A stretch of DNA of 64,000 bases. Origin: Bacteroidota bacterium. GTDB lineage: Bacteria > Bacteroidota > Bacteroidia > AKYH767-A > OLB10. Under the pieces are notes generated by a model, which was not told where the DNA came from, did no database searches, and saw only the letters and a list, made by a program, of their open reading frames with translations. How positions within the stretch are numbered: the first letter of the stretch is position 1; every line of letters begins with the position of its first letter. The stretch covers positions 146,178 to 210,177 of the forward strand of contig JAHEYP010000001.1 in assembly GCA_023251535.1 (NCBI GenBank), given 5' to 3'. This document shows positions 9,549 to 19,985 of this stretch, piece after piece. The position numbers were made by a program, and so were the translations under genes.

Positions 9549-10892
9549 TTACAAAGCGCGCACTGCTGCTTTGAATTTACGTCCGCGATCTTCATAATTT
9601 TCGAATAAATCGAAAGAAGCGCAACAAGGAGACAACAAAACAGTATCGCCTTTTTTACCTAAACGGTAAGCAGCTTGAACAGCCTCTTCTGCAGAACCTG
9701 CTTCAACGATTACCGGAACTACATCTTTAAATGCTTCGATTAACTTTTTATTATCGATTCCCATGCAAACAAGAGCTTTCACTCTTGACTTCACCAACTC
9801 AGAAATCATATCATAATCGTTTCCCTTATCAACTCCACCAGCAATCCATACAATCGGATTTTGAATACTCTCTAGAGCATACCAAGTAGAATTTACATTT
9901 GTTGCTTTTGAATCATTAATAAAGTCGATACCATGAACAGTATTAACAAATTCGAGGCGGTGTTCAATGTTTTCGAAATCAGAGAAGCTCTCGCGAACTA
10001 CATCTTTACGAATATCAAGAATGCGAGAAGCGATTCCTGAAGCCATTGAATTGTACAAGTTGTGTTTGCCTTGTAAAGCCAGATCGTGAATAGACATATT
10101 GAGTTGTTGGTTATTGGTTTGAATGTATAGTTGTTCTTCTTCTACCCATGCACTCATTCCTTCTTTCTTGTAAATTGAAAAAGGGAAAAGTTGCATTCCG
10201 GGATTTAATTTGGCGATTTCATTCATCGTTAGCTCGTCATCTGCGCAGTAGATAAATGCATCTGCGGCAGTTTGATTTTGCAAAATCCTGAATTTGGAAT
10301 CGACATAATTCTGTAATTGGTATTCATATCGATCGAGGTGATCGGGAGTAATATTTGTAAGTACGCCGATATCAGCTTTGAACTCATAACATCCATCGAG
10401 TTGAAAACTGCTCAACTCAAGAACATAATGATCAAAATTTTCTTCAGCCACTTGACGAGCGAAACTCTTTCCAACATTTCCTCCAAGGCCTACATTCAAT
10501 CCTGCTTTTTGCAGAATATGATAAGTAAGCATGGTAGTAGTTGTTTTACCGTTCGTACCCGTTATTGCAATTATTTTTGCATCTGTATATCGAGCAGCAA
10601 ACTCGATTTCAGAAATAATTTTTATGCCTTGCTCTTTAGCCTTCTTTACTAGAGGAGCTTTATCAGGAATCCCCGGACTTTTTATAATCTCGTTTGCTCT
10701 TAAAATTTCAGATTCAGTATGACTACCTTCTTCAAAGCGAATAGCTCTCGACACCAACTCTTTTTTGTACTTATCTGCAATTTTCCCTGCATCTGATACA
10801 AATACTTCCATGCCCAATTTCTGAGCAAGAACAGCCGATCCAACACCGCTTTCAGCAGCACCTAGGATTACTATTTTTTTTGAAGTATTCAT
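9549..10892 (-). CDS. murD: UDP-N-acetylmuramoylalanine--D-glutamate ligase
   Basis: ILGAAESGVGSA N-terminus, GTNGKTTT, dcw position. Confidence 0.95.
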   Translation of the reverse strand: MNTSKKIVILGAAESGVGSAVLAQKLGMEVFVSDAGKIADKYKKELVSRAIRFEEGSHTESEILRANEIIKSPGIPDKAPLVKKAKEQGIKIISEIEFAARYTDAKIIAITGTNGKTTTTMLTYHILQKAGLNVGLGGNVGKSFARQVAEENFDHYVLELSSFQLDGCYEFKADIGVLTNITPDHLDRYEYQLQNYVDSKFRILQNQTAADAFIYCADDELTMNEIAKLNPGMQLFPFSIYKKEGMSAWVEEEQLYIQTNNQQLNMSIHDLALQGKHNLYNSMASGIASRILDIRKDVVRESFSDFENIEHRLEFVNTVHGIDFINDSKATNVNSTWYALESIQNPIVWIAGGVDKGNDYDMISELVKSRVKALVCMGIDNKKLIEAFKDVVPVIVEAGSAEEAVQAAYRLGKKGDTVLLSPCCASFDLFENYEDRGRKFKAAVRAL

Positions 10893-10913
10893 TTAATATT
10901 TTTTGTTTTTTGA

Positions 10914-12170
10914 TTAACGTAATTTCAATGTCGCTACGCTAAGTACTGCAAGCATAATTCCGATGATCCAAAAGCGAGTAACAATTTTCGCTTCATGATA
11001 TCCTAACTTTTGATAATGGTGATGTAATGGAGACATCTTAAGAATTCTCCTTCCTTCACCATATTTCTTTTTTGTGTATTTGAAATAACTCACCTGTAGC
11101 ATTACAGATAAATTTTCAACCAAGAATATTCCACAGATAATTGGAATCAACAATTCTTTACGCACTGCAATAGCGAACACAGCAATAATTCCACCAATCG
11201 CTAAACTTCCTGTATCACCCATAAACACTTGCGCCGGATAAGAATTGTACCAGAGGAAACCAACGGTAGCACCAACAAATGCGCTCATGAACACCATCAA
11301 CTCACCTGTATTCGGGATATACATAATGTTCAAGTAATTCGCGAAAACTGTATTACCCGATACATAAGCGAAGATGGCTAATGTTGTTCCGATAATTGCT
11401 GAAGTTCCGGTAGCTAATCCGTCAATACCATCCGTAATATTTGCACCGTTCGATACAGCAGTAATGATGAATGTAACGATTGCAATAAACAAAATTGGCA
11501 AAAGCCATTTTGCATTATCGCCTGACCAACTAATTAAGTTAGCATAATCAAATTCGTTGTTTTTGAAGAAAGGAATAGTTGTTTTAGTCGACTTAACATT
11601 TTCACCCGAAAACAACACTCCTTCTTTATTTCTAATCTGTTCTATTAAATTTTCATTTTGAGATACTACAAGTTGAGTATTTGTAGCTTTTTCACGAACA
11701 GTAACATTCGGATTAAAATAAAGTATCGATCCGATGATTATACCCAAACCAACTTGTCCGATTAATTTTGACTTTGCACGTAACCCTTCTTTGTCTTTTT
11801 TGTATACCTTGATATAATCATCGAGGAAACCAATGATACCCAACCAAAGTGTGCTAATAATCATGATAACGATATACACGTTATCGAGCTTAGTAAACAG
11901 AATTGTTGGAATTAAAATCGCAGATATAATAATCAACCCTCCCATTGTAGGAGTTCCTTGTTTTTCTTTTTGTCCTTCTAGTCCTAAGTCGCGAATAGTT
12001 TCACCTACTTGCATACGCAATAACAAGGCAATAATTCTTTTTCCCAACAACATAGTAATCACCAATGAAGTGATGATAGCCATTGCAGCGCGGAAGGAAA
12101 GGAAACGAAATACTCCGGCACCCGGGAAATCGTAAACTCTATCTAGATATGAGAATAAATAATATAACAT
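10914..12170 (-). CDS. mraY: Phospho-MurNAc-pentapeptide translocase
   Basis: Polytopic membrane protein with the GFLDDY and [10 protein letters not shown] motifs typical of MraY. Confidence 0.95.
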   Translation of the reverse strand: MLYYLFSYLDRVYDFPGAGVFRFLSFRAAMAIITSLVITMLLGKRIIALLLRMQVGETIRDLGLEGQKEKQGTPTMGGLIIISAILIPTILFTKLDNVYIVIMIISTLWLGIIGFLDDYIKVYKKDKEGLRAKSKLIGQVGLGIIIGSILYFNPNVTVREKATNTQLVVSQNENLIEQIRNKEGVLFSGENVKSTKTTIPFFKNNEFDYANLISWSGDNAKWLLPILFIAIVTFIITAVSNGANITDGIDGLATGTSAIIGTTLAIFAYVSGNTVFANYLNIMYIPNTGELMVFMSAFVGATVGFLWYNSYPAQVFMGDTGSLAIGGIIAVFAIAVRKELLIPIICGIFLVENLSVMLQVSYFKYTKKKYGEGRRILKMSPLHHHYQKLGYHEAKIVTRFWIIGIMLAVLSVATLKLR

Positions 12171-12174
12171 ATGA

Positions 12175-13632
12175 TCAACTTAATTGGAAGGATTCAGCTA
12201 AAATCTGTTTGTCGTCGAAAGGATATTTCACTCCTTTAATTTCTTGATACTTTTCATGTCCCTTGCCCGCCAACAAGATTATATCTCCTGGTTGAGCTAG
12301 AGCTACCGCTGTTCGAACAGCTTCTTTGCGATCGGTAATCGCCAATGATTTTCTATAATACTGAGGCGGTACGCCTTCCTTCATTTGCGCAATAATACTT
12401 TCAGGATCTTCACTTCTCGGATTATCAGAAGTGAGAATTACTTTATCACTGTATTCACATGCTATCGCCGACATTTGCGGACGTTTTCCTGCATCACGAT
12501 CGCCACCACATCCTATAATTGTAATTACTTTTTCATTTCCAGTTCGGATATCCTTAATCGTTAGTAATACATTTTGCAATGCATCAGGGGTATGTGCATA
12601 ATCAACAATGCCGAAAATTCCGTTTTCAGAGGTAATGTATTCAAATCGTCCATCAGGAGGAGTTAATCCACTTAATGCAGTAAGTACATTTAGCTTTTCT
12701 TCTCCACATAATAACGCAGTAGCATAAACACCTAAAAGATTATAGGCATTAAAACTTCCTACAAGTCGGCATAAAACATCATTCCCATCGATGTTTAGCA
12801 TTAAACCAGAAAAAGTATTTTCAAGAACTTTCACTTTATAATCAGCAACGCCTTTTTGAGAAAATGTTTTCACTGATGCCTTAGTATTCTGCACCATTAT
12901 TTTATGGTTTCTATCATCGGCATTGACTAATGCAAATGCGTTTTCACCTAACACATCGAAGAATCCTTTTTTTGCGCGGATATATTCGTCGAATGTTTTA
13001 TGATAATCTAAATGATCGCGTGTGATATTCGTAAACAATCCTCCAGCAAACTCCAATCCAGCAACACGATGTTGCACCACTGCATGCGAACTCACTTCCA
13101 TGAAACAGTACTGGCAACCTGCATCAACCATCTTCGATAAAAGCTCATTCAACTGCAATGGATCCGGAGTTGTATGAGTCGCTGGAATTTCAATATCACC
13201 TATTAGGTTACGAACGGTACTTAGCATACCACATGTATATCCCAATCGAGTGAACAAAGAATGTAAAAGTGTAACCGTAGTTGTTTTTCCGTTAGTTCCT
13301 GTTACTCCTATCAGCTTTAATTTTGATGAAGGCTGATCAAAAAAGTTTGAGCAAACCAAAGCCAGAGCATTTGCAGCATCACGAACACGAACATAAGTAA
13401 TTCCCGACTGAATTGTAGAAGGCATCTCTTCACAAATAATAGCAACAGCACCCTTTGAAATCACATCATCAATAAACTGATGTCCATCGCTTTTAGTTCC
13501 ACGCACAGCAACGAAAAGGCAACCCTCACTCACTTTACGTGAATCGAAAGCAACAGCGTGAATCATCACGGAAGTATTTCCCGCGACTTCTTCAATCCCT
13601 GTTTTATATAGTATGTCTTTAAGTGCTTTCAT
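12175..13632 (-). CDS. murE: UDP-MurNAc-tripeptide synthetase (MurE)
   Basis: [11 protein letters not shown], the DNPR motif ([10 protein letters not shown]) and dcw position. Its ATG overlaps the ftsI stop (TAATG). Confidence 0.95.
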   Translation of the reverse strand: MKALKDILYKTGIEEVAGNTSVMIHAVAFDSRKVSEGCLFVAVRGTKSDGHQFIDDVISKGAVAIICEEMPSTIQSGITYVRVRDAANALALVCSNFFDQPSSKLKLIGVTGTNGKTTTVTLLHSLFTRLGYTCGMLSTVRNLIGDIEIPATHTTPDPLQLNELLSKMVDAGCQYCFMEVSSHAVVQHRVAGLEFAGGLFTNITRDHLDYHKTFDEYIRAKKGFFDVLGENAFALVNADDRNHKIMVQNTKASVKTFSQKGVADYKVKVLENTFSGLMLNIDGNDVLCRLVGSFNAYNLLGVYATALLCGEEKLNVLTALSGLTPPDGRFEYITSENGIFGIVDYAHTPDALQNVLLTIKDIRTGNEKVITIIGCGGDRDAGKRPQMSAIACEYSDKVILTSDNPRSEDPESIIAQMKEGVPPQYYRKSLAITDRKEAVRTAVALAQPGDIILLAGKGHEKYQEIKGVKYPFDDKQILAESFQLS

Positions 13633-15716
13633 TAACTTAATTCGATCACAATTTGTTTGCCTTTTTCAATTTTTTGTCCAGCTTGAATAGACTGACGCAT
13701 TACTGTTCCACGTCCCACAGGTTTTACTATTAAACCTTGTCCTTCGAGTAAATACATAGCATCACGCAATCCCATACCAACTACGTTTGGAACTTTACTA
13801 TCAGTTATTTCAATTGCTTTCAACGATTGATTATTCCAACCTGCTGATGGTGTTTCAACAGGCAGAGATAAATTTTTTACTGCGATAGCGGTAGGATTAC
13901 TTCTCCCTGATTTAAACAAAGGATTACCTGCGTAAGTAGAATCAGGATAACGTTGTAATTCATCATGCATATCAACATTCAATGCATAAACCTTATCGGC
14001 GATTTCTTTAAACACGGGACAAGCAACAGAAGCACCATAATAAGCACCTTTACTAGGAGCATAAATTACAACGATACAGCTATAGCGAGGTTTATCGGCA
14101 GGGAAATATCCGCAGAAGGAAGCTTGATAATTTTGTTTATTAAAACCTAAAGCACCATTCGCGATTTGAGCAGTTCCTGTTTTACCTGCGATAGTATATT
14201 GAGCATGCTTGATATGAGAAGCAGTTCCTGTTTTAACAACTTCCTCTAACATAATTTTCGCTTTCGCGATTGTTGCTTGAGAGCAAATAGAATCAGCAAT
14301 AACTTTCGACTTAAAAGTTTTCACAAGAGTTCCTTTATTGCGAATTTCTTTCACGAATAAAGGCTGAATCATTTTACCGTTGTTCGCTACTGCATTATAG
14401 AAAGTAAGGATTTGCATTGGCGACAATTGAGTTTCATAACCAATCGACATTAAAGGCAACGACAATCCCGACCAAGTTTTATTCTTCGTGTCTTTAATTT
14501 TAATTTTATTCGCACCTTGGATTTGGATTCCCAAATCATCATCTATATGCAATTTCTTTAATCCATCGATAAAAGCTTGAGGATTTTTCTGGTACGACTT
14601 TACTATTGCAGAAGCAACACTCACATTTGAAGAATGAGCGAAAGCATCCTTCACAGAAATTTTTGCTGGCAGACCCTCATGAGAATCATGCATTGTATAA
14701 GAACCAAAATTATGAACGCCACCATAGCTATCGATAATATCTTCAGGAGCAAGATATCCATCTTCCATAGCTACCATATAAGAAGCAAGTTTAAAAGTAG
14801 ACCCTGGCTCAGCTGCTTGACTGATTGCGAAGTTTAATACTTCATCATAAGTATCCTCTCCTGTTTTCTTAAGATTAGCAATCGCTTTAATTTCACCTGT
14901 GGCTACTTCCATTAGAATTGCGCAACCCATATCAGCACCTTGCATACTTAACTGCTTCATTAAAGCATTTTCGGCAACATCCTGAATATTTAAGTCGATA
15001 GTAGTAACAACATCACTACCATCCATCGGTTCAATTTCATTATCGTTATTTACAGGCTTCCAAACATTTCCTGCGATACGTTGCATTAAACGTTTTCCTT
15101 TAGTTCCCTGCAAATAATTATTGAAAGCCCCTTCAATTCCTACTGGAGTAACCTCTTTATTATCGAGCTTATACCCGATTGTGCGACTTGCAAGATTTTT
15201 GAACGGCTTCTCACGACGACTTAATTGCGTAATTATTAATCCGCCTTTATTTTTTCCCAAACGGAAAATCGGGAAAGTACGAATAGCCTTCTGCTCTTTA
15301 AACGAGATATTACGCTTCAATAAAAAATAATGATTTTTATCGCGGCGAGCTTCACGCAAAATGCGTTTATACTCAGCTTTTGATTTATCCTTGAAGAGTG
15401 CACTTAGCGAAAAAGCTAAAGAATCAACATTGTCGTTAAAGATTGCAGCTTTTAATCCTGCAGGCATTAAATCAACATGAACATCATATCGAGGAAGAGA
15501 AGTAGCTAACAAAGAACCATCACACGCATAAATATTTCCGCGCATTGGTTCAATATTGTAATATCTTAATGTTAAGCTATCTTGCTTGCGCTTCCAATAG
15601 TCGCCCTCAACAAATTGCAAGCGACCCACCTGTACAATAATTGCCAGCGCGAAAAGAATAAACCCTATAAACACAAGGTAAACTCTCCAAAGAATATCTT
15701 TTTTCTTCTCGGCCAT
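13632..15716 (-). CDS. ftsI: Class B penicillin-binding protein (FtsI/PBP3-like) with C-terminal PASTA-like domain
   Basis: STFK, SSN and KTGT transpeptidase motifs. N-terminal TM anchor. The C-terminal roughly 60 aa resemble a PASTA domain. Confidence 0.9.
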   Translation of the reverse strand: MAEKKKDILWRVYLVFIGFILFALAIIVQVGRLQFVEGDYWKRKQDSLTLRYYNIEPMRGNIYACDGSLLATSLPRYDVHVDLMPAGLKAAIFNDNVDSLAFSLSALFKDKSKAEYKRILREARRDKNHYFLLKRNISFKEQKAIRTFPIFRLGKNKGGLIITQLSRREKPFKNLASRTIGYKLDNKEVTPVGIEGAFNNYLQGTKGKRLMQRIAGNVWKPVNNDNEIEPMDGSDVVTTIDLNIQDVAENALMKQLSMQGADMGCAILMEVATGEIKAIANLKKTGEDTYDEVLNFAISQAAEPGSTFKLASYMVAMEDGYLAPEDIIDSYGGVHNFGSYTMHDSHEGLPAKISVKDAFAHSSNVSVASAIVKSYQKNPQAFIDGLKKLHIDDDLGIQIQGANKIKIKDTKNKTWSGLSLPLMSIGYETQLSPMQILTFYNAVANNGKMIQPLFVKEIRNKGTLVKTFKSKVIADSICSQATIAKAKIMLEEVVKTGTASHIKHAQYTIAGKTGTAQIANGALGFNKQNYQASFCGYFPADKPRYSCIVVIYAPSKGAYYGASVACPVFKEIADKVYALNVDMHDELQRYPDSTYAGNPLFKSGRSNPTAIAVKNLSLPVETPSAGWNNQSLKAIEITDSKVPNVVGMGLRDAMYLLEGQGLIVKPVGRGTVMRQSIQAGQKIEKGKQIVIELS

Positions 15717-15784
15717 TGGGTTAGAAAAATTCGGTTGGTTGGTTGGTGGTTGATTGATGGTTTTTACTCGGCACTCATTTGCGA

Positions 15785-16204
15785 TTACTCCTCGCTATTT
15801 TCTTTCTTCTTTCGGATTACAATTTTTTTCGGAGCGACGGTCGACTCTTTCAATCCGTAATTTTTAATTGTATTCGCAACTTCAGATAATTTACTTTTAT
15901 ACATTAACTCTGATTTCCCCGTAATGAACTCAGAGCGTAACTCTTTCAATTCCTTTTCAGTTTTATCGATTTCGCGAACTGTCTTTTCTACTGTGTAAGT
16001 ATTCCAGATATAAAACATAGCAAGCACTACAAGGAACATTACGTAAGGCATGTAATTCACTACCGACTCACGATTAAAAAGATTAAAAACATTTAATGCT
16101 TTGATAATCCTTCCAGCAGGATTCGTGCCTGCATCACCAGAGCGCTTCGAAGATTTTGTCTCCGGCACTTTAGGCTCTTCCTGCTGACTACGAACTTTAT
16201 TCAT
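15785..16204 (-). CDS. FtsL-like small bitopic division protein
   Basis: 139 aa with a basic N-terminus, a single TM (YVMFLVVLAMFYIW) and a coiled-coil segment. Occupies the rsmH-ftsI slot. Confidence 0.6.
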   Translation of the reverse strand: MNKVRSQQEEPKVPETKSSKRSGDAGTNPAGRIIKALNVFNLFNRESVVNYMPYVMFLVVLAMFYIWNTYTVEKTVREIDKTEKELKELRSEFITGKSELMYKSKLSEVANTIKNYGLKESTVAPKKIVIRKKKENSEE

Positions 16205-17100
16205 ATCCTTTCTGCTACTCTTAGTTTTGCGCTACGTGAACGCGGATTCGATTTCACTTCTTCCCCTTCAGCCTCAACCGGTTTTTTATTGATTGGCTTC
16301 AACTTCAGTCCTACTATATTCCCGAATAGATCCTTTTTCAAATCACCATCGGTATTACCTGTATTCACCAGGTTTTTTACTAATCTATCTTCGAGAGAAT
16401 GGTAACTCATCACTACCAATCTTCCTTCGGGCTTTAACAAATCGGCAGCTTGCATCAACATCGACTTCAGCACATCCAGCTCTTCATTCACTTCAATTCT
16501 TAGTGCTTGAAATAACTGAGCATAAAACGTAGTCTCCTTTGCTCTTGGCGCTGCTGCAGAAGCAATTTTCTTCAACTCATCAACAGTTTCTATCGGAGCA
16601 TTAACCCTAGCTTGCACTATGAGATATGCTAAGCGACGAGCATTGTTTAACTCGCCATATTCGCGAAACACCTTAATCAACGATAACTCATCGTAGTTAT
16701 TTAGGACATCCCTCGCCGTTAGATCGCCACGTTGATCCATTCTCATATCGAGCGAAGCATTAAAGCGAATAGAAAATCCGCGTTCTGCTTCATCGAACTG
16801 ATGAGACGAAACACCCAAATCAGCTAATAACCCATCAATTTCAAAGACCCCTATTTCATTGAGACGCTCTTTCAGATTTCGGAAGTTGTCGTGTATCAAC
16901 AAAAACCTTTTATCATCTGGTGCATTCGCCAATGCATCATTATCTTGATCGAAAGCAATCAATCTGCCTTCATTTAATTTTTCTAGAATCGCTTTGGAAT
17001 GCCCTCCACCGCCAAACGTTACATCCACATAAATACCGCCCTGCTTTAGGCTTAACCCCTCCACACAGAGGTCACGCATCACGGGTTCATGATACGCCAC
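16201..17100 (-). CDS. rsmH: 16S rRNA m4C1402 methyltransferase RsmH (MraW)
   Basis: HEPVM start region, DVTFGGGGHS SAM motif, SYHSLEDR motif. Confidence 0.95.
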   Translation of the reverse strand: MAYHEPVMRDLCVEGLSLKQGGIYVDVTFGGGGHSKAILEKLNEGRLIAFDQDNDALANAPDDKRFLLIHDNFRNLKERLNEIGVFEIDGLLADLGVSSHQFDEAERGFSIRFNASLDMRMDQRGDLTARDVLNNYDELSLIKVFREYGELNNARRLAYLIVQARVNAPIETVDELKKIASAAAPRAKETTFYAQLFQALRIEVNEELDVLKSMLMQAADLLKPEGRLVVMSYHSLEDRLVKNLVNTGNTDGDLKKDLFGNIVGLKLKPINKKPVEAEGEEVKSNPRSRSAKLRVAERI

Positions 17101-17572
17101 TATCTGCGCCTCCCTTGTTTAGCTTACCCATCACCTTTTCACCTAACTCGGAGATATCGTCGGGTTCGGAAGAAATCATCTCTTTGTATTTTTCCTTCGA
17201 CCAGATTTCAATCTTAGATCCGAAGGCCGATAACATTACCTCTTTATCGATGCCAGCATGCTCACATAAAGTCTTTGGCAACAAAATCCTTCCTGCCGCA
17301 TCCAATTCTATTTCAGTAGCACCTCTGAAAAACCAGCGTGCATACAAACGATTGTCTTTAACATCCAGATTTAATTTGTTCACCTCGGCACTCGCCTTGA
17401 TCCACTCATCCATAGGATATAAATGGAGACAGTTTTCATAGCCGCGGTTCACTACAAATTTCTCGGCTGCTTCCGGCGACACCTTCTTGCGGATAGCCGA
17501 CGGCAAACTCAAACGCCCTTTGGCGTCAAGCTTACAATCATATTCTCCTAGGAATTGTGTCATGGTTTGCAT
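17087..17572 (-). CDS. mraZ: Transcriptional regulator MraZ
   Basis: Two DxxGRxxxP repeats (DAKGRLSLP, DAAGRILLP). First gene of the dcw cluster. An alternative start lies at 17563 (MTQFLGEY). Confidence 0.93.
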   Translation of the reverse strand: MQTMTQFLGEYDCKLDAKGRLSLPSAIRKKVSPEAAEKFVVNRGYENCLHLYPMDEWIKASAEVNKLNLDVKDNRLYARWFFRGATEIELDAAGRILLPKTLCEHAGIDKEVMLSAFGSKIEIWSKEKYKEMISSEPDDISELGEKVMGKLNKGGADSGVS

Positions 17573-17625
17573 TTTTTTCGAACACTACCCACCGGGGGCA
17601 TTCGGGATGTAAAAATAATGCAATT

Positions 17626-17657
17626 TCTCCCACTTTATACCACTTTCTCCCACTTTG
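17626..17657 (-). promoter_or_regulatory. Candidate MraZ operator: three AAAGTGG boxes at exact 10-bp spacing
   Basis: In minus sense: CAAAGTGGGAGAAAGTGGTATAAAGTGGGAGA, 54-85 nt upstream of the mraZ ATG. Matches the direct-repeat architecture reported for MraZ binding sites. Confidence 0.65.
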
Positions 17658-18072
17658 TTAAAAACTTTTCGGCCGGCAGGGATTTCCGACCCACAAATAA
17701 TTAAGCCTGCTGAAGTACTTCTAAGCTGCTTTTATTGCTCCAAAACTAGGTTCGTTTTAGCTTGTATCATGCTGTTTTTAAATTAAATACGAACAACTTT
17801 GCGTTAATAACAAATCGGGGATTTCGACCGATTTACCAGCTCATTTTCTTCCCACTCTAGTCCAAAAAAACCTAAAAACCTTCCTCCCCTTTTCCCACAA
17901 TAGGAAAATCCGGATGACTTTAGCCAATACTATTGAATTTCAATATTATACGTGATTTTTTATGGAATTTTACAAAAAATGCATCTCCCACTTCCCCACA
18001 CCAAATGCTTAACGATTTTCAGAAAATCGCTTCATTTTTACCACTCAACCCTGATTTTTTGCGCTGTTACTG

Positions 18073-18948
18073 ATGAAGTACTTATTTTTACAACGTATGA
18101 CATCAGTACCGGAAAAGAAGTTTATTGATATTGAAGAGGTAATAAAGAGTAAAAACCCCCAGTTATTAAAGGTTTTACCACGATTCATTGTATCCTATAT
18201 TAAGCGCATAGTTCATGAAGATCATGTAAACGAATTCATCCGAATTCATGGGCACAAAACTTCCTTCGAATTTGTTGATGCCATTATTGAAGAATTCAAG
18301 CCTGTTGTTACTTTTAGCGGACTAGAGAACTTACCTTCATCAGGAGGTGCTATTGTAGCAGCGAATCATCCTTTAGGAGGTCTTGATGCTATGGCACTAT
18401 TAAACGCTGTGGGACAAAAACGTCGCGATGTAAAGTTTATCGTGAATGATGTTTTACTAAACATTAAAAATTTCGAGAACGAATTTATCGGCGTCAACAA
18501 GCATGGGAAAAACAGTGCGCAAACACTCGACTTAATCGACTCTTATTATAATTCCGAACAATTAGTATTAATATTTCCAGCGGGATTAGTTTCCAGAAAA
18601 CAAGAAAAAGGGATTATAAAAGACCTTGAATGGAAGAAAAGTTTTATCGTTAAAGCGAAGAAATTTAAAAAAGACATTATCCCTGTTCACATCTCCGGCA
18701 ACAACTCGAATTTCTTTTATAATCTGGCCAAACTTCGTCAGAAAGTAGGCATAAAAGCAAATATTGAAATGTTTTATTTGATGGATGAAATGTATCATCA
18801 AAAGGACAAAGAAATACATATCACATTTGGCAAACCCATTAGTTATACGGTGTTTACCAATAAGTTCAGCGATCAAGTGTGGGCACAAAAAATGAAATCA
18901 CATATCTACTCGCTTGTTGATGGAAAGCCCTCAGTCGATTTCCATTGA
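18073..18948 (+). CDS. PlsC-family lysolipid O-acyltransferase (OlsA/GlsA-like)
   Basis: AANHPLGGLDAMAL acyltransferase motif and FPAGLVSR block. Lies immediately upstream of an OlsB-like gene. Confidence 0.7.
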   Translation: MKYLFLQRMTSVPEKKFIDIEEVIKSKNPQLLKVLPRFIVSYIKRIVHEDHVNEFIRIHGHKTSFEFVDAIIEEFKPVVTFSGLENLPSSGGAIVAANHPLGGLDAMALLNAVGQKRRDVKFIVNDVLLNIKNFENEFIGVNKHGKNSAQTLDLIDSYYNSEQLVLIFPAGLVSRKQEKGIIKDLEWKKSFIVKAKKFKKDIIPVHISGNNSNFFYNLAKLRQKVGIKANIEMFYLMDEMYHQKDKEIHITFGKPISYTVFTNKFSDQVWAQKMKSHIYSLVDGKPSVDFH

Positions 18949-19041
18949 ACTGATATTAATCTTTAAAATAGTTTACCCCGTTTTTTAGATTATCTTTGAT
19001 TAACATCATCATCTAGAATAGCGAGAAAAGGCTCTTAAAAT

Positions 19042-19974
19042 ATGAAACCGGTTATTGATCCAATATCGACCCAATTGATCGAAAGCGAATTAACCGCTGA
19101 TCGTTTTATACGCACATCTAATAATGGCTCCAACAAATTATATATAATTAATTTTCACAACGCTCCTAACACTTTAAGAGAGATTGGTCGCTTGCGCGAA
19201 GTCACTTTTAGAGAAGCGGGTGGTGGTACTGGACTCGATTGCGACCTCGACGAATTCGATACTTGCGAAAAGTGTTATGAGCAACTCATCGTATGGAATC
19301 CCGAGGACAAAGAAATTGTTGGAGGATACCGATTTATCTGTTGCGGTGAAGCTGGAAAAGATGCTAATGGCCGATACTTATTAGCTACATCCGAATTGTT
19401 TGACTTCTCTGAGAAGTTCATCAATGAATATATGCCTTACACGATTGAACTTGGCCGTTCATTCGTTCAACCGAAATACCAACCTCGTCCCGAGAATAGA
19501 AAAGGCTTATTTTCTCTCGATAATTTATGGGATGGATTAGGAGCTATTCATGTCGATTATCCTAACATTCGTTATTTCTTCGGAAAGGTGACCATGTATC
19601 GACATTTTAACTCGGAAGCTCGCGATATGATCTTGCATTTCATGCAACACTATTTCAATGATCCCGATAAATTAGTAACGCCAATTCATTCATTAGAGAT
19701 CACACATGACATGACTGCTTTTGAGAATGAAATCAAGGGGTTAGAATACAAAGAAGGACATAAAATCCTTAATCAAAACGTACGTGCGCGAGGAGAAAAC
19801 ATTCCTCCATTAGTAAATGCATACATGAATCTTTCTCCAACAATGCGCTCGTTCGGCACCGCCTTAAACGATCACTTCGGAGAAGTTGAAGAAACCGGAA
19901 TTTTGGTTAAGCTCGACGATATTTACGACTCTAAAAAAGAGCGACACATTAAAACCTACCAAAAAGGAGTTTAA
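19042..19974 (+). CDS. OlsB/GlsB-like amino-acid N-acyltransferase ('hemolysin-like' GNAT, Acetyltransf_5 type)
   Basis: IGRLREVTFREAGGGTGLDCDLDEFD and IVGGYRF blocks typical of ornithine/glycine-lipid N-acyltransferases. Confidence 0.75.
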   Translation: MKPVIDPISTQLIESELTADRFIRTSNNGSNKLYIINFHNAPNTLREIGRLREVTFREAGGGTGLDCDLDEFDTCEKCYEQLIVWNPEDKEIVGGYRFICCGEAGKDANGRYLLATSELFDFSEKFINEYMPYTIELGRSFVQPKYQPRPENRKGLFSLDNLWDGLGAIHVDYPNIRYFFGKVTMYRHFNSEARDMILHFMQHYFNDPDKLVTPIHSLEITHDMTAFENEIKGLEYKEGHKILNQNVRARGENIPPLVNAYMNLSPTMRSFGTALNDHFGEVEETGILVKLDDIYDSKKERHIKTYQKGV

Positions 19975-19985
19975 CTCCGTTAATC

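Noticed and set aside
16920-17441. 173-aa plus-strand ORF spanning the rsmH/mraZ junction.
   Set aside because: It is antisense to two well-supported genes and has no recognisable motifs. Other internal antisense ORFs are rejected for the same reason, for example 4836..5189, 8098..8448, 10317..10652, 27804..28214 and 37854..38174.
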